DNA of 64,000 nucleotides from Bacteroidota bacterium (GTDB lineage: Bacteria; Bacteroidota; Bacteroidia; UKL13-3). A program made the position numbers and the translations under genes. The notes beneath the pieces were generated by a model, which had not been told where the DNA came from, did not search any database, and saw only the letters and a list, made by a program, of their open reading frames with translations. Shown one piece after another: positions 1-9,797 of the stretch; within the stretch, counting starts at the first letter, position 1, and every line of letters begins with the position of its first letter. The stretch spans positions 164,997 through 228,996 of the forward strand of contig CANJUD010000004.1 in the NCBI GenBank assembly GCA_947477885.1, read 5' to 3'.

Positions 1-1410
1 ACTGAACCATATCTGCGTAAATCTAAATACCACTCAAATGCATCCATTGGCAAGTCGTGTTCTTTTATTTTTTGAATGAGGGAATCTAAATCAGTTTCAC
101 GTTCGCCACCGCCTACTATTTCTCCGTAACCTTCGGGTGCTAATACATCTACGCCTCTAGCAAAACGATCATCTTCTGGATCACGTTTCAGATAAAAAGC
201 TTTAACAGCGTGTGGCCAGTTATATACCATAATGGGCACATCGAACAAACGTGTGATAACGGTTTCGTCGCTGCCGCCAAAGTCGTTGCCATATTCGAAG
301 TTCTTGGCACTGTGCAGCCATTGGGGAATGTTGCGGGCATCTTCTTCTAAGTCTTTTAATGTTTGTTTGAGTGTATCAACTTTGTTTTGATTGAAGTTGA
401 TTTCTCCTTTCTTCAAAGCACCACCTGCGATTTTTTCTTCACGTTCTTTTATTTCGTTTTGTATAATACCGATTTGTTCGTGGGTATATGCCAGGTCTTC
501 TTCTAAAGATTTGATTGCATTTTTTCCGTTAACATCTTGCTCGCCTTTGATGATGCGAACAGCCTCATCATACTTGAGACGCGGGAATGGTTTTATAATA
601 TTCTGCAATAAGGTTTTATCACGACCTATTACATCAAGTTCTTTATCACAATCACGCAGCACATCGGTAACAGTGCGTTTCAGCATGGCTTCAATCAAAT
701 CCATATTCATGAATATATCGTGGAATGCCATCTCGGGTTCTATCATCCAAAACTCGGCAAGGTGACGACGGGTTTTACTTTTCTCTGCTCTAAATGTAGG
801 ACCGAAAGTATATATTTTGTTCATGGCAAAAGCCATTGCCTCGCCGTACAATTGTCCGCTCTGGCTCAGGTAGGCAGTCTCGCCAAAGAAATCAGTTTCG
901 AATAAATTGCTCGTTCCTTCGCAAGCATTGCCGGTAAATATGGGAGCATCCATCTGCACAAAATCCTGCTCCTGAAAAAATTGATGTATGCTATAAATCA
1001 ATCGGTTTCTGATACGCATAATAGCCCACTGTCTTTGGCTACGCAACCATAGGTGACGTTGGTCCATCAAGAATTCTACACCATGTTCTTTTTTGGCAAT
1101 GGGATAATCAATAGAATATGATAATACTTCCAATGAAGTTACTTGAATCTCATAACCGCCCAGCTGCTTTTCGTCCTTTACCACAGTCCCATTTATCTTT
1201 ACAGAGCTCTCGAGACCTAGCTTGCCTGCACAATCAAATTCATCGGTGGTTACCTTATTGGCATCCACCACACACTGACACATTCCATAACCATCGCGAA
1301 GGTTGATAAACACCAATCCCTTACTATCGCGGCGGTTGGCCACCCAGCCCTCAAGTGTTACAATCTGGTTTTCGTGTTTCTGTAAATCTTTTATATAAAC
1401 GGTTTGCATG
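1..1410 (-). CDS. asnS: asparaginyl-tRNA synthetase (class II aaRS), partial; C-terminus runs off the window start
   Basis: The reverse-strand translation from the ATG at 1408-1410 reads MQTVYIKDLQKHENQIVTLEGWVANRRDSKGLVFINLRDGYG... and carries the class II signature FRAEKSKTRRHLAEFWMIEPEMAF. There is no stop codon before position 1. The plus-strand ORFs at 391-1306 are antisense artefacts. Confidence 0.88.
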
Positions 1411-1463
1411 ATTAAAAAATTGGGATGCAAAAATAGAGAAAAAAAAAGGATTTGGGATTCTAG

Positions 1464-1482
1464 TCCCGAATCTTATTCGGGA
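1464..1482. repeat. small hairpin TCCCGAA-tctta-TTCGGGA; member of the CCCGA...TCGGG palindrome family
   Basis: A 7-bp inverted repeat with a 5-nt loop is read directly in the asnS upstream region. The same core recurs at 7778-7807, 9696-9713 and 32826-32843. Confidence 0.6.
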
Positions 1483-1593
1483 GGGATTCCGGGAGATGAT
1501 GGTGGGTAATAGGTTATAGAAGTTTTGATTTATTGTTAATTTAAGAAGTACTTATTATCTTTGACAAGTTAAAGTACATATTAAAAATAAGCT

Positions 1594-1878
1594 TTACTTT
1601 AGTATAGTACCGTGAATAATTTTATGGACTACCATACTATTATTTTCTATTGCAAATGCAATAACCCATTTGTTGAAAATAATACAACTGTATTTTAACG
1701 ATGCTAAAATATGATGATGGCACAAAGCAAATTTCACTTTTGTAACAGCTGATTTCTCTATAAATTTAACAAACTTTACTATAAATCTTTTACCGCTACC
1801 TTCTGTATTTTCCGATTCAACAAAACTTGCTATAGCTGCCAATGCAATTTGGGGTTGCCGTTTTAAAACAACTTTCAT
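1594..1878 (-). CDS. putative type II toxin, RelE/ParE-like
   Basis: The protein is 94 aa with a C-terminal ...CIIFNKWVIAFAIENNSMVVHKIIHG motif resembling the YRIIYRI..VLRVLHGRR signature of ParE/RelE. It overlaps the upstream small ORF by 4 nt (ATGA), the usual TA arrangement. Confidence 0.35.
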   Translation of the reverse strand: MKVVLKRQPQIALAAIASFVESENTEGSGKRFIVKFVKFIEKSAVTKVKFALCHHHILASLKYSCIIFNKWVIAFAIENNSMVVHKIIHGTILK

Positions 1879-2132
1879 TTTTTCTTTTTATCAAGATAGG
1901 CAATCACCTCTTCACACACCTTGTTTAGTTCTTTCGTCTTTTCAGAATCTGAAGATGTTAGGTACTTTTTTAGTTGTGCATCTGTTGCAGGTTTGCCCAT
2001 TCCGAAGATAACATCTGCATCTGTGAGTGCTGCTTCCTTAGCCCTAGTATTGATTTTCACAAAATCAAGTTCCTTAAGAAAGGATATAAAACTCTTCGCT
2101 TTTTTGTCTTTGACGTTTAATTCGATAATCAT
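1875..2132 (-). CDS. putative antitoxin partner (85 aa, charged/K-rich)
   Basis: A small ORF sits immediately upstream of the ParE-like ORF and is translationally coupled to it. No family could be assigned from the sequence alone. Confidence 0.3.
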   Translation of the reverse strand: MIIELNVKDKKAKSFISFLKELDFVKINTRAKEAALTDADVIFGMGKPATDAQLKKYLTSSDSEKTKELNKVCEEVIAYLDKKKK

Positions 2133-2192
2133 TGTACAAATATATTAATATTTCATTAAATAATAAAAGTTATTTAGATTCAAACCGTAAAT

Positions 2193-2666
2193 TCAACTGA
2201 CCGTACTTATGATTCGTTTTACTTTTATCCATCTTCCCAATATTTTTCTATAATAATAATCTGCAGAAAAGCCGCCCCATTCACTTTGGTGTGTGTATAT
2301 ACTAATCCTGCATCTAGTTTTCTTTCTATTGAATACTGGCATATCTATAGAACAATAATATGACATAAATTTAAGGCTGTCCATCATAACTACCGATGCC
2401 TTTTTTGAATGTATTTCCGTTTTGTCCCAATTCACAATGCTATTGCAAATACTTGAAATTGTATCATCTGTTTGCATATAATGAAAACCAGTCCTTTCAT
2501 CAATGAAATATTTGTTAATAAATATTCTATTTATTATTTTAACTTGACAATTGACCAATCTATATATTAATTCTTTGTCGCAATTATTTGTAGAACCATT
2601 AGATTGACCATTACAAATATTTGAAACAATTATTAATATTGATAAAAAGAACAATTTAGTATTCAT
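2193..2666 (-). CDS. hypothetical secreted Cys-rich protein
   Basis: It starts at an ATG and has an N-terminal signal peptide, MNTKLFFLSILIIVSNICNGQ, followed by many cysteines. Confidence 0.5.
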   Translation of the reverse strand: MNTKLFFLSILIIVSNICNGQSNGSTNNCDKELIYRLVNCQVKIINRIFINKYFIDERTGFHYMQTDDTISSICNSIVNWDKTEIHSKKASVVMMDSLKFMSYYCSIDMPVFNRKKTRCRISIYTHQSEWGGFSADYYYRKILGRWIKVKRIISTVS

Positions 2667-2813
2667 ATGTCTTCAGGATTATAAAACAAAGGTACATGAA
2701 ATTTATACGATTCTTAAATCATATGCATACAGGCTGTGGCTGGTTATGGTTCAACTTCGCTCACCACAACCACAGGCAGTGTGTAAATTAGCGTCAGCAC
2801 ATTCATCATTAAT

Positions 2814-5800
2814 TTAAAATATATACCTCGCCTCTACCCTAGCGATATGCACAGCCTTGCTTTGCTCGCTTTTGCGGCCATCATATACAATACTTAATTG
2901 GGTGTTTTTAGCAAGGCGGTGTTCCCAGGCTAGTCCCCAGATGATATTGTTGCCATTGAGCAATCCATTGAGCATTTCGAAACCGATGGGGGAATTTGCA
3001 TCTCCGTTGAATTTGATATGGTTGTAGCTGAACTTTACTTGCAAGCTGCCGTTGTTTTTATATAAGTATTTAAACTCTGTAGTAATTTCGTTTGTTAGCG
3101 TTTTAGTGGTATCACTATTATACTTATTCTTGGCATTGAAGTTATGATAATACATCTTTAAACGCATATCCTGCGAGGGTTGCCATTGCAGTGTGGGTTG
3201 CAAATCGGTATAATAGAAATGGTAGTTACGGCCTTCAAACAATTCGGTATTGAGTGCTTTATCGCCCAATAATATATTGATATTTGTTTGCCAATTTTTG
3301 CCGATACTTTTACGCAGGTTTATATATTGTTCTTTTTTCTGTTTGGCTTCAACTCCTGTGGTGAGTAATTGTTTTTGTCCGTTTTTTATATAACCAAACT
3401 CAGCTCCCCAATCATTATTATACTTATTGATAAACCATACGTGACGCAGGATTCCGCTGAGGGTGATTAAACCAGTATCGGATAAAATACTGTTGAATGG
3501 ATTCTTTAATGCAAACTGACTCGATTGATTTTTTTGCTCTACACGCACATTGGTGGTATTGCTAAAGTATGATAGAAATTTGAGGATGCCCTTCTTCTTT
3601 TCCCAAAGTTTATAGGGCTCCCAAGTAATAGTTTGATTGATGCGGGTGATATTGGTTTTTACATAATCATTGGTTGGCAAAAATATTTTAATGAATCGTG
3701 CCTTGTCTTTATATACTGCTACTTCAAATTCGTTGAGCTGCTGTATGCTGTCGCCATTGTAGTCGTTCCATTGGTATATACCATTTCCAGGTTGTACTTC
3801 TTGGTAGGTGAATTGTTTCTTCAACTCACGCCCATTACCCGTTTGAAAAAATGAGTTTATATATAAAGTGCGTTTAAATAATGCAACTTGATATTCACCA
3901 CGAAACAAGGTATTGTCTTCTACTTTATTGCTTGCCGCTGTATCATTTATAAATCGACGGTAGTTTAAACTTAGGTCTAATCTTCCTGCTTTGCCATTGG
4001 CTTTAAAGGTTCCATCAATATTGTGCGAGGCATTGAGGTCAATGAATTTGCCCCCGGATGGGGTTTTATCTTTACGCAAAAAGTAGTTTAATCCGAACTG
4101 AGATTTAAGTGTGTCATTGGTGTTTAAACCAGCTCCATATTGATCGTAATTAAAAGAGTTATACAATAAAGAATCGGGAGCTGTATTATATTTAAATGTG
4201 CTGCGTTCGCTATTGGTATATACTTTATATTTTATATAATTTCCCGAACGAGAAAGCTCTGCACGATAGGTTTTATAGTTGTTTGCAGCAATATCATTTT
4301 GCGTAACCAAACTTCCAGTAGTATTATAATTGCCTGATGCTGTCCACCTTTTTATATTAATATCTGTTGAGATTGCATGGGCCATTCCTTTCAAAAAATT
4401 ATCTTTTTGATATGATGAAAACTGATACGATGTTCTCAGATATTCTTTAAAAAACATATTAAACTTCGACATCACAATATGCTCTCTAAACCCAGTGTCT
4501 GCAAATATTTTATTGCTTAAAGTACGTTCCCAACTTCTATCAAATTCTACATTACGATAACGTTCTATATAACGAAAATTCTTGTTCACAAATTCCCATG
4601 AAGTGGTATTATCAAATTTTAAATTCTTACTTATTTGCAAATTTTTATATAGTTTTAGTCTATAACCTAAACCTTTGTTATTTTGATCATCTTTGCGTGA
4701 AAAAGTATTTCTATCTTTATTACTAATTGCTATTTCCTGTTCTATTTTAGTTTTCGCATTGAGATTATATATATGTGTGAGTGTAGTCATCTGCATCTGT
4801 TTAGGTGTGATAAGTGTTTGAATAGGTTCGTAACTTCCTTGCAATTGCCCCACCCACTTAAACACACGACCATTTGCACCGCTGCTTGCTATATTATAAC
4901 TGCCCCTGCCCTGCCCCATATAGCTAAAAGCCAATTGATAGAAAGGTGTATCATTCCCTCCTGATGAAGCATATCTATAATACTTTATTGTATCTCCATT
5001 TATTACGGTATCATATTTATTATATAATAGTTTTGTTTTATCATAATAGTCGTTTGCGATGGCATTTTCAAATTTGGTTTGCGTTGGATCATTGCCAGCA
5101 TTTGCAAGTGCAAGTATTTGTGCATCAGTTAAGGTTTGCTGGTATGGTTGATTTTTTAAATCTTTCTCCGTATAATGATTGAATACAAATTCATGTTTTT
5201 TAATTTGAACAGTGGCTCTTGCAGTATATACTACACGTCCGTAATTTCTATCACTATATTGAAACTCCACCACTATCCTACTATAGCTATTGATAAGCCT
5301 TCGCGGCATAAAGGTCACTTCACCTGTATTATAATCAATGATATAATCATCTTGTTCACCACGGGTCATAGGCAGTCCGTCCAGGTAAACTTTTTCGGTA
5401 CCCGAAAGTATAATAATATATAATTCTCCATTTGCCCCCGATAATCTATATGGACCTTGATTTCCTTCTTGTCCATTAAATGTATTCCTACTGAAACGCC
5501 CGCGACTTATGGCACCTTCGCCACCAATTGTATATTTTATTCCTAGTTTCTTATCTTCCCATCCATGGTCGAATTGCACGCCACGAGATTTTTTATCATA
5601 CGCAGTAAAATACGATTTAGCCGGTCGTTTCATTTGAAAATCGCCGAGTACTACACGTGTCTTATTTTTAAAAAGTTCTATATATACTTTGTCGAAGTCT
5701 TGCACCTGTCGGCTGCTTCCATCAGCTTGTATGGGATTATTATCATCACTAATTGCAGCTTTTACTTCTACATCATTATTTATTTTGCCACTGATTTGCA

Positions 5801-6275
5801 AATTCAAATTTGAGTTCACTACCAAACTTTGTGTATTACCCACTCCTATTCCGCGACTTAATAATCCACGCATTTCTAGGCCCGATGCATCAATATTGTA
5901 TGGGTCGTCAGTGCTGGGAGTGTAGGTGAAAGGATTGATTAGCGGTTGAAAATCTTTATATATCAACTTAGGGTCTTTTCTGCGAATTGTATAATCAAGT
6001 TTTCTTGAAAAAGTGCGATAAGTAATTCTCAAATTTATAATTGGAGATTTGAAGATAATAGTAGAATTTATATAATCAATACCATATAATGTTTCTGCTA
6101 CTAATATATTATTTTGAAGTACTATTATACTTCCAGGGATAATGGTAAGTGTATCTAGTTTGACTGTATCAGTGATTTGTGCGAACTCTTTTGAGCGTTC
6201 GCTAACGGCTATTTGGCCCAAAGCAATATCAGCTATGAGTAGAAAAAAAGTTATATATATAATTCTACTTAACAA
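2814..6275 (-). CDS. large outer-membrane beta-barrel protein (1153 aa) of unknown family
   Basis: It has a signal peptide (LSRIIYITFFLLIADIALGQ) and is rich in Y/N/G/T with alternating beta-strand character. Its C-terminus ends ...VEARYIF, an aromatic terminal residue as expected for an outer-membrane beta-barrel. No TonB box or plug was recognised. The start is TTG, and no in-frame ATG is available. Confidence 0.65.
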   Translation of the reverse strand: MLSRIIYITFFLLIADIALGQIAVSERSKEFAQITDTVKLDTLTIIPGSIIVLQNNILVAETLYGIDYINSTIIFKSPIINLRITYRTFSRKLDYTIRRKDPKLIYKDFQPLINPFTYTPSTDDPYNIDASGLEMRGLLSRGIGVGNTQSLVVNSNLNLQISGKINNDVEVKAAISDDNNPIQADGSSRQVQDFDKVYIELFKNKTRVVLGDFQMKRPAKSYFTAYDKKSRGVQFDHGWEDKKLGIKYTIGGEGAISRGRFSRNTFNGQEGNQGPYRLSGANGELYIIILSGTEKVYLDGLPMTRGEQDDYIIDYNTGEVTFMPRRLINSYSRIVVEFQYSDRNYGRVVYTARATVQIKKHEFVFNHYTEKDLKNQPYQQTLTDAQILALANAGNDPTQTKFENAIANDYYDKTKLLYNKYDTVINGDTIKYYRYASSGGNDTPFYQLAFSYMGQGRGSYNIASSGANGRVFKWVGQLQGSYEPIQTLITPKQMQMTTLTHIYNLNAKTKIEQEIAISNKDRNTFSRKDDQNNKGLGYRLKLYKNLQISKNLKFDNTTSWEFVNKNFRYIERYRNVEFDRSWERTLSNKIFADTGFREHIVMSKFNMFFKEYLRTSYQFSSYQKDNFLKGMAHAISTDINIKRWTASGNYNTTGSLVTQNDIAANNYKTYRAELSRSGNYIKYKVYTNSERSTFKYNTAPDSLLYNSFNYDQYGAGLNTNDTLKSQFGLNYFLRKDKTPSGGKFIDLNASHNIDGTFKANGKAGRLDLSLNYRRFINDTAASNKVEDNTLFRGEYQVALFKRTLYINSFFQTGNGRELKKQFTYQEVQPGNGIYQWNDYNGDSIQQLNEFEVAVYKDKARFIKIFLPTNDYVKTNITRINQTITWEPYKLWEKKKGILKFLSYFSNTTNVRVEQKNQSSQFALKNPFNSILSDTGLITLSGILRHVWFINKYNNDWGAEFGYIKNGQKQLLTTGVEAKQKKEQYINLRKSIGKNWQTNINILLGDKALNTELFEGRNYHFYYTDLQPTLQWQPSQDMRLKMYYHNFNAKNKYNSDTTKTLTNEITTEFKYLYKNNGSLQVKFSYNHIKFNGDANSPIGFEMLNGLLNGNNIIWGLAWEHRLAKNTQLSIVYDGRKSEQSKAVHIARVEARYIF

Positions 6276-7013
6276 CTATGCTTCCTTCAACTTTATTCTC
6301 CATTGTTTGTTAAAGTAAGTTATAGTTAAAACACCTACCACTGTGGGGCTCAAACACAAAACCCAAGGCGGATCGAATTTAACTACATTCACCAAGAAAG
6401 CTGTGGTAGCAGCTATGTAAGTGCCTAGCATCATAACAATATGTTTAAAAATCCATTTTTTGTGATAGGGAAGAAATACCGAATTTTTATATAATATTTT
6501 CAAATCACTATATACCATCATCGATAAAATAGAACCGAAAATTATCAATATAAATATGCCTTCTGAATGATAAAACACTATCATATAACCGGGATATACA
6601 ATCATAAATATTGCTGTGAGTAATCCTAGATAAACTGGTAGTTTGTCGATCATAGTTGAATTATAGCTTTCTATCAATCTATAATAAAACAATGCCCTAC
6701 GTCCTCTGATTACCATATATAATGAGAAAATTCCAATAGAAAGTAAGAAGGGGTTAAATTTGATCGAAGCCAAAATAAATGACAATATACCTACAGCAAA
6801 CATGGCCAAATAAAAACCTTTTCCTGAAGTTATGTGAAGCCGACTCCCTTTCATTGCAATAATTGCTATAAGCCCCGTTAACAGTGCAATGACTCCACAA
6901 AACACATGAAATATCAGGATAATCTTGTGGGTATCGTAATGATTTGTTTGTACTAAATCCATCTGATCTAATTGCTTTAAAATACTTTTTAACAACGGAA
7001 ACGCATTATGCAA
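6276..7013 (-). CDS. polytopic inner-membrane protein, unknown function
   Basis: The sequence has about 7 hydrophobic helices. The track start is TTG, and an in-frame ATG at 6962 (MDLVQTNHY...) is more likely the true start. Its stop codon abuts the start of the big OMP gene (TAGTTG). Confidence 0.6.
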   Translation of the reverse strand: MHNAFPLLKSILKQLDQMDLVQTNHYDTHKIILIFHVFCGVIALLTGLIAIIAMKGSRLHITSGKGFYLAMFAVGILSFILASIKFNPFLLSIGIFSLYMVIRGRRALFYYRLIESYNSTMIDKLPVYLGLLTAIFMIVYPGYMIVFYHSEGIFILIIFGSILSMMVYSDLKILYKNSVFLPYHKKWIFKHIVMMLGTYIAATTAFLVNVVKFDPPWVLCLSPTVVGVLTITYFNKQWRIKLKEA

Positions 7014-7069
7014 AGTTATGGGAATGGATTAATATTGTAAAGTTTTTCCCTCCACAAAAGTAAACAACT

Positions 7070-7756
7070 ATGCACCATCGTATTGCTTTCCCATTATTGT
7101 TTCAGATTGCATTTAACTTAATGCCTGTCTATGGCGTGATGATGAATGAATGGACGATATTTTCAGTAATTTACCTGTATTGGTTGGAAACACTGATTCT
7201 ATCAGCTTTCTCTTTTATTAAAATAGTTAGTTCGAAAGGCAGCACACCCAATGAAAAACTGAAAATGAAATTCCCTGCTAAAGACGAATCGAAATGGAAA
7301 ACAGGTATTCGGTTTTTGATTATACGCATAGGCTTGCTGTTATTTTATCTTTTGTTTATATTCCTATTTGTAGGCTTACTGATATCTGACAAAGCCGATA
7401 TGAGAACCAATATAGAAATGGCATTTTTTATGAATCCAATATTCAATTTAACCCTGATGCTTTATACCTTAAGTGTGGGTATGGACCTCATGTGGCATTT
7501 CTACGGAAATGGAGAGTATCTTCGTGTTCATCCATCAGACAATGCTTCGTTATTCGATGGTCGTACTATTGTGATACATGTGGCAATGGTACTTGGGGTA
7601 CTGGGTTTCATGTATGTGAAAGAACACTTCCCAAACCATCAACATTTGGCCAAATTGTATTTTATTAGCATATTTGTTTTGATCAAGACAATTACTGATG
7701 TTGTTGTGTATTATGTGGGGCGGAAGCCAACCGTGGTACCAAGTACAAATTCTTGA
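7070..7756 (+). CDS. membrane protein, unknown function
   Basis: It starts at an ATG, is 228 aa and has multiple TM helices. Confidence 0.55.
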   Translation: MHHRIAFPLLFQIAFNLMPVYGVMMNEWTIFSVIYLYWLETLILSAFSFIKIVSSKGSTPNEKLKMKFPAKDESKWKTGIRFLIIRIGLLLFYLLFIFLFVGLLISDKADMRTNIEMAFFMNPIFNLTLMLYTLSVGMDLMWHFYGNGEYLRVHPSDNASLFDGRTIVIHVAMVLGVLGFMYVKEHFPNHQHLAKLYFISIFVLIKTITDVVVYYVGRKPTVVPSTNS

Positions 7757-7819
7757 GTTTGTCGCCCTCTGACGATCCCGTCCCGAATTAGTCGGGATAG
7801 TCGGGACAGCGTGACAAAC
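7757..7819. repeat. nested palindromic element GTTTGTC...[GTCCCGA-atta-GTCGGGA-tag-TCGGGAC]...GACAAAC
   Basis: Outer 7-bp arms GTTTGTC/GACAAAC enclose CCCGA/TCGGG inner hairpins, as read directly from the sequence. It lies between the membrane protein gene and the ABC-2 permease gene. Confidence 0.6.
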
Positions 7820-7881
7820 ATAATATATTTTGTCTTCAAAATTAAATCACATAAATTCGCCTTGTTTTTCTAATAAATCCT

Positions 7882-9216
7882 ATGCACAAAATATTCCTGA
7901 TTATTAGACGTGAGTACCTTACCAGGGTAAAAAAACGTTCGTTCATTATTATGACCATTTTAGGCCCTGTGCTTATTGGAGCTTTATATGGCGTGATGAT
8001 TTATTTGGCGGTAAACTCAGGCATTGGCGAGAAAAGTAAAGTAATTGCCGTGCATGATGAGCAAGGTTTTTTTAAAGACAAACTGCTGAACGACGACAAA
8101 ATTTTTTTTGTATTTACCAATGAAAATATTGATACGTTAAAAAGCCAAGTATTATATAAAAAATACGATGCACTTATCATCATACCAAAAACAGATTCTA
8201 TTACTTATATAAAAGATATTGACTTTGTAGCCGAGCAACAACCTGGTGTTGCTATAATAAACAAGCTGGAGGAAAAATTCGAGGAAATCATCACCAATAT
8301 TAAGATGAAGAATATGAACCTCACACAAGCACAGATTAAGGCAACCCGCACCAGCATTGCTGTGTACCCAAAATTGGTGAGCGAAAAAGGAACCGAAGAT
8401 GCAAGTACTGGAAGTTCGTTTATCGGGGCCATGGTGCTCACTTATATTATATTCTTGTTCATTATGCTTTATGGTATACAAGTGATGCGTGGTGTGATTG
8501 AAGAAAAGACAAACCGCATTGTAGAGATTGTAATAAGCAGTGTAAAACCTTTCCAATTAATGATGGGGAAAATTATCGGTATTGCTTGTGTGGCCCTTAC
8601 CCAGTTTGCCATTTGGATTATATTGACTATAACTGTTACCGGTGTAATGAAAAGCTATCTTACGAGTAATGTAGATATGGACCAAGTAGAACAGGTGATA
8701 AAAAAGAATTCTCATATACCTGCTGACGACTATGAAAAAGCAGAACAAATGCAAAGCTTTATGAAATTTGAGAAAGCACTTAATACACTAAACTTTCCGT
8801 TGATATTATTCTGTTTTGTATTTTACTTTATTACCGGCTATTTATTATATGCTTCATTATATGCCGCCATCGGCTCAGCCGTCGATTCGGAAACCGATAC
8901 CCAGCAATTTATGCTGCCGGTTAACCTACCGCTAATCTTCTCCTTCTTCATCGCCTTTAGCACGGTAATGAACGACCCCAATGGCGATATGGCTTTTTGG
9001 GCATCTATGATACCATTCTCCTCTCCTATTGTAATGATGGCCCGTGTATCGTTTATGCAATCCTTCAACTGGGAGATCGCATTGAGCATGGGTATTATGC
9101 TTGTTTCATTTATATGTATTGTATGGTTTGCTGCCCGAATATACAGAGTTGGAATTTTGATGTATGGTAAAAAACCTACGTTTAGAGAATTGGGCAAATG
9201 GGTTTTTTATAGGTAG
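7882..9216 (+). CDS. ABC-2 family transporter permease
   Basis: The 444-aa protein has an N-terminal TM helix, a roughly 150-aa extracytoplasmic loop, then 5 TM helices. This is the ABC-2/NatB-like topology. No ATPase partner lies adjacent to it in this window. Confidence 0.7.
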   Translation: MHKIFLIIRREYLTRVKKRSFIIMTILGPVLIGALYGVMIYLAVNSGIGEKSKVIAVHDEQGFFKDKLLNDDKIFFVFTNENIDTLKSQVLYKKYDALIIIPKTDSITYIKDIDFVAEQQPGVAIINKLEEKFEEIITNIKMKNMNLTQAQIKATRTSIAVYPKLVSEKGTEDASTGSSFIGAMVLTYIIFLFIMLYGIQVMRGVIEEKTNRIVEIVISSVKPFQLMMGKIIGIACVALTQFAIWIILTITVTGVMKSYLTSNVDMDQVEQVIKKNSHIPADDYEKAEQMQSFMKFEKALNTLNFPLILFCFVFYFITGYLLYASLYAAIGSAVDSETDTQQFMLPVNLPLIFSFFIAFSTVMNDPNGDMAFWASMIPFSSPIVMMARVSFMQSFNWEIALSMGIMLVSFICIVWFAARIYRVGILMYGKKPTFRELGKWVFYR

Positions 9217-9695
9217 CAGTATATATACAATCTGTCTTTTTGACCAAAGATGATTGGAATCATAATTTTATCATAAATTCTGCAATTACCTTTGTACCAT
9301 TATAAAAAAGTTGAAACCATTTATTCCCATTTTCCTAGCATTAACAAAATGACATTAAAGTATTATATCATTATAATGCTATGGTAATTGCTCAAGTGTG
9401 ATATCGCATGGGGGCAATGTGATAAAACCTGCCATTCAGCTGTGAATCCTAAAGGAAAGCTAAATCTAGAAGCGGCAAATACTTATACTTCTTTACATAA
9501 ATCTGGTTCGGGATATATAGATACTTTGAATGCCACAAATAGTATTATATATATTCAAATGACTTCTGCGTCGCAGCCAATGCCACCATGTGGTCAGTTA
9601 GATATTTGTAAAAAAGATTTGATTTTAAATTGAATTAAACAGGGAGCAAAGAATAATTAAACCTCTTTCATAATCCTTTAAATCATTCAATCATA

Positions 9696-9713
9696 TCCCG
9701 ATAGCTATCGGGA
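9696..9713. repeat. perfect 18-bp palindrome TCCCGATAGCTATCGGGA
   Basis: It is read directly from the sequence. A near-identical TCCCGATAGTTATCGGGA is at 32826-32843. Confidence 0.7.
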
Positions 9714-9730
9714 CAACAAATCAATATATA

Positions 9731-9766
9731 AAAAAAGCCTGATGTCATTACAACACCAGGCTTTTA
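9731..9766. terminator. bidirectional rho-independent terminator
   Basis: The stem AGCCTG...CAGGCT is flanked by an A-run on the 5' side and a T-run on the 3' side, in the sequence aaaaaaGCCTGatgtcattacaacacCAGGCtttt. It lies just downstream of the minus-strand lipoprotein gene. Confidence 0.7.
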
Positions 9767-9797
9767 TATATAAAATCCTGCTTTAGGTTCTAATTTT

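Noticed and set aside
391-1306. Plus-strand ORFs of 61-124 aa at 391-765, 720-905 and 1118-1306
   Set aside because: They lie antisense inside the clearly conserved asnS reading frame and their amino-acid composition is low-complexity. They are shadow ORFs.
3633-5925. Multiple 60-80-aa plus-strand ORFs inside 2814-6275, and similar small ORFs inside the S8 protease, the giant adhesin, gyrA and the TonB receptor
   Set aside because: They are antisense to long, well-supported CDSs and are typical AT-rich shadow frames.
9388-9633. 81-aa ORF in the 580-bp convergent intergenic region between the ABC-2 permease and the lipoprotein
   Set aside because: It has no signal peptide or recognisable motif, is Cys-scattered, and lies in a region containing the palindrome and terminator. 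It is more likely non-coding. It is mentioned only because the gap is unusually long.
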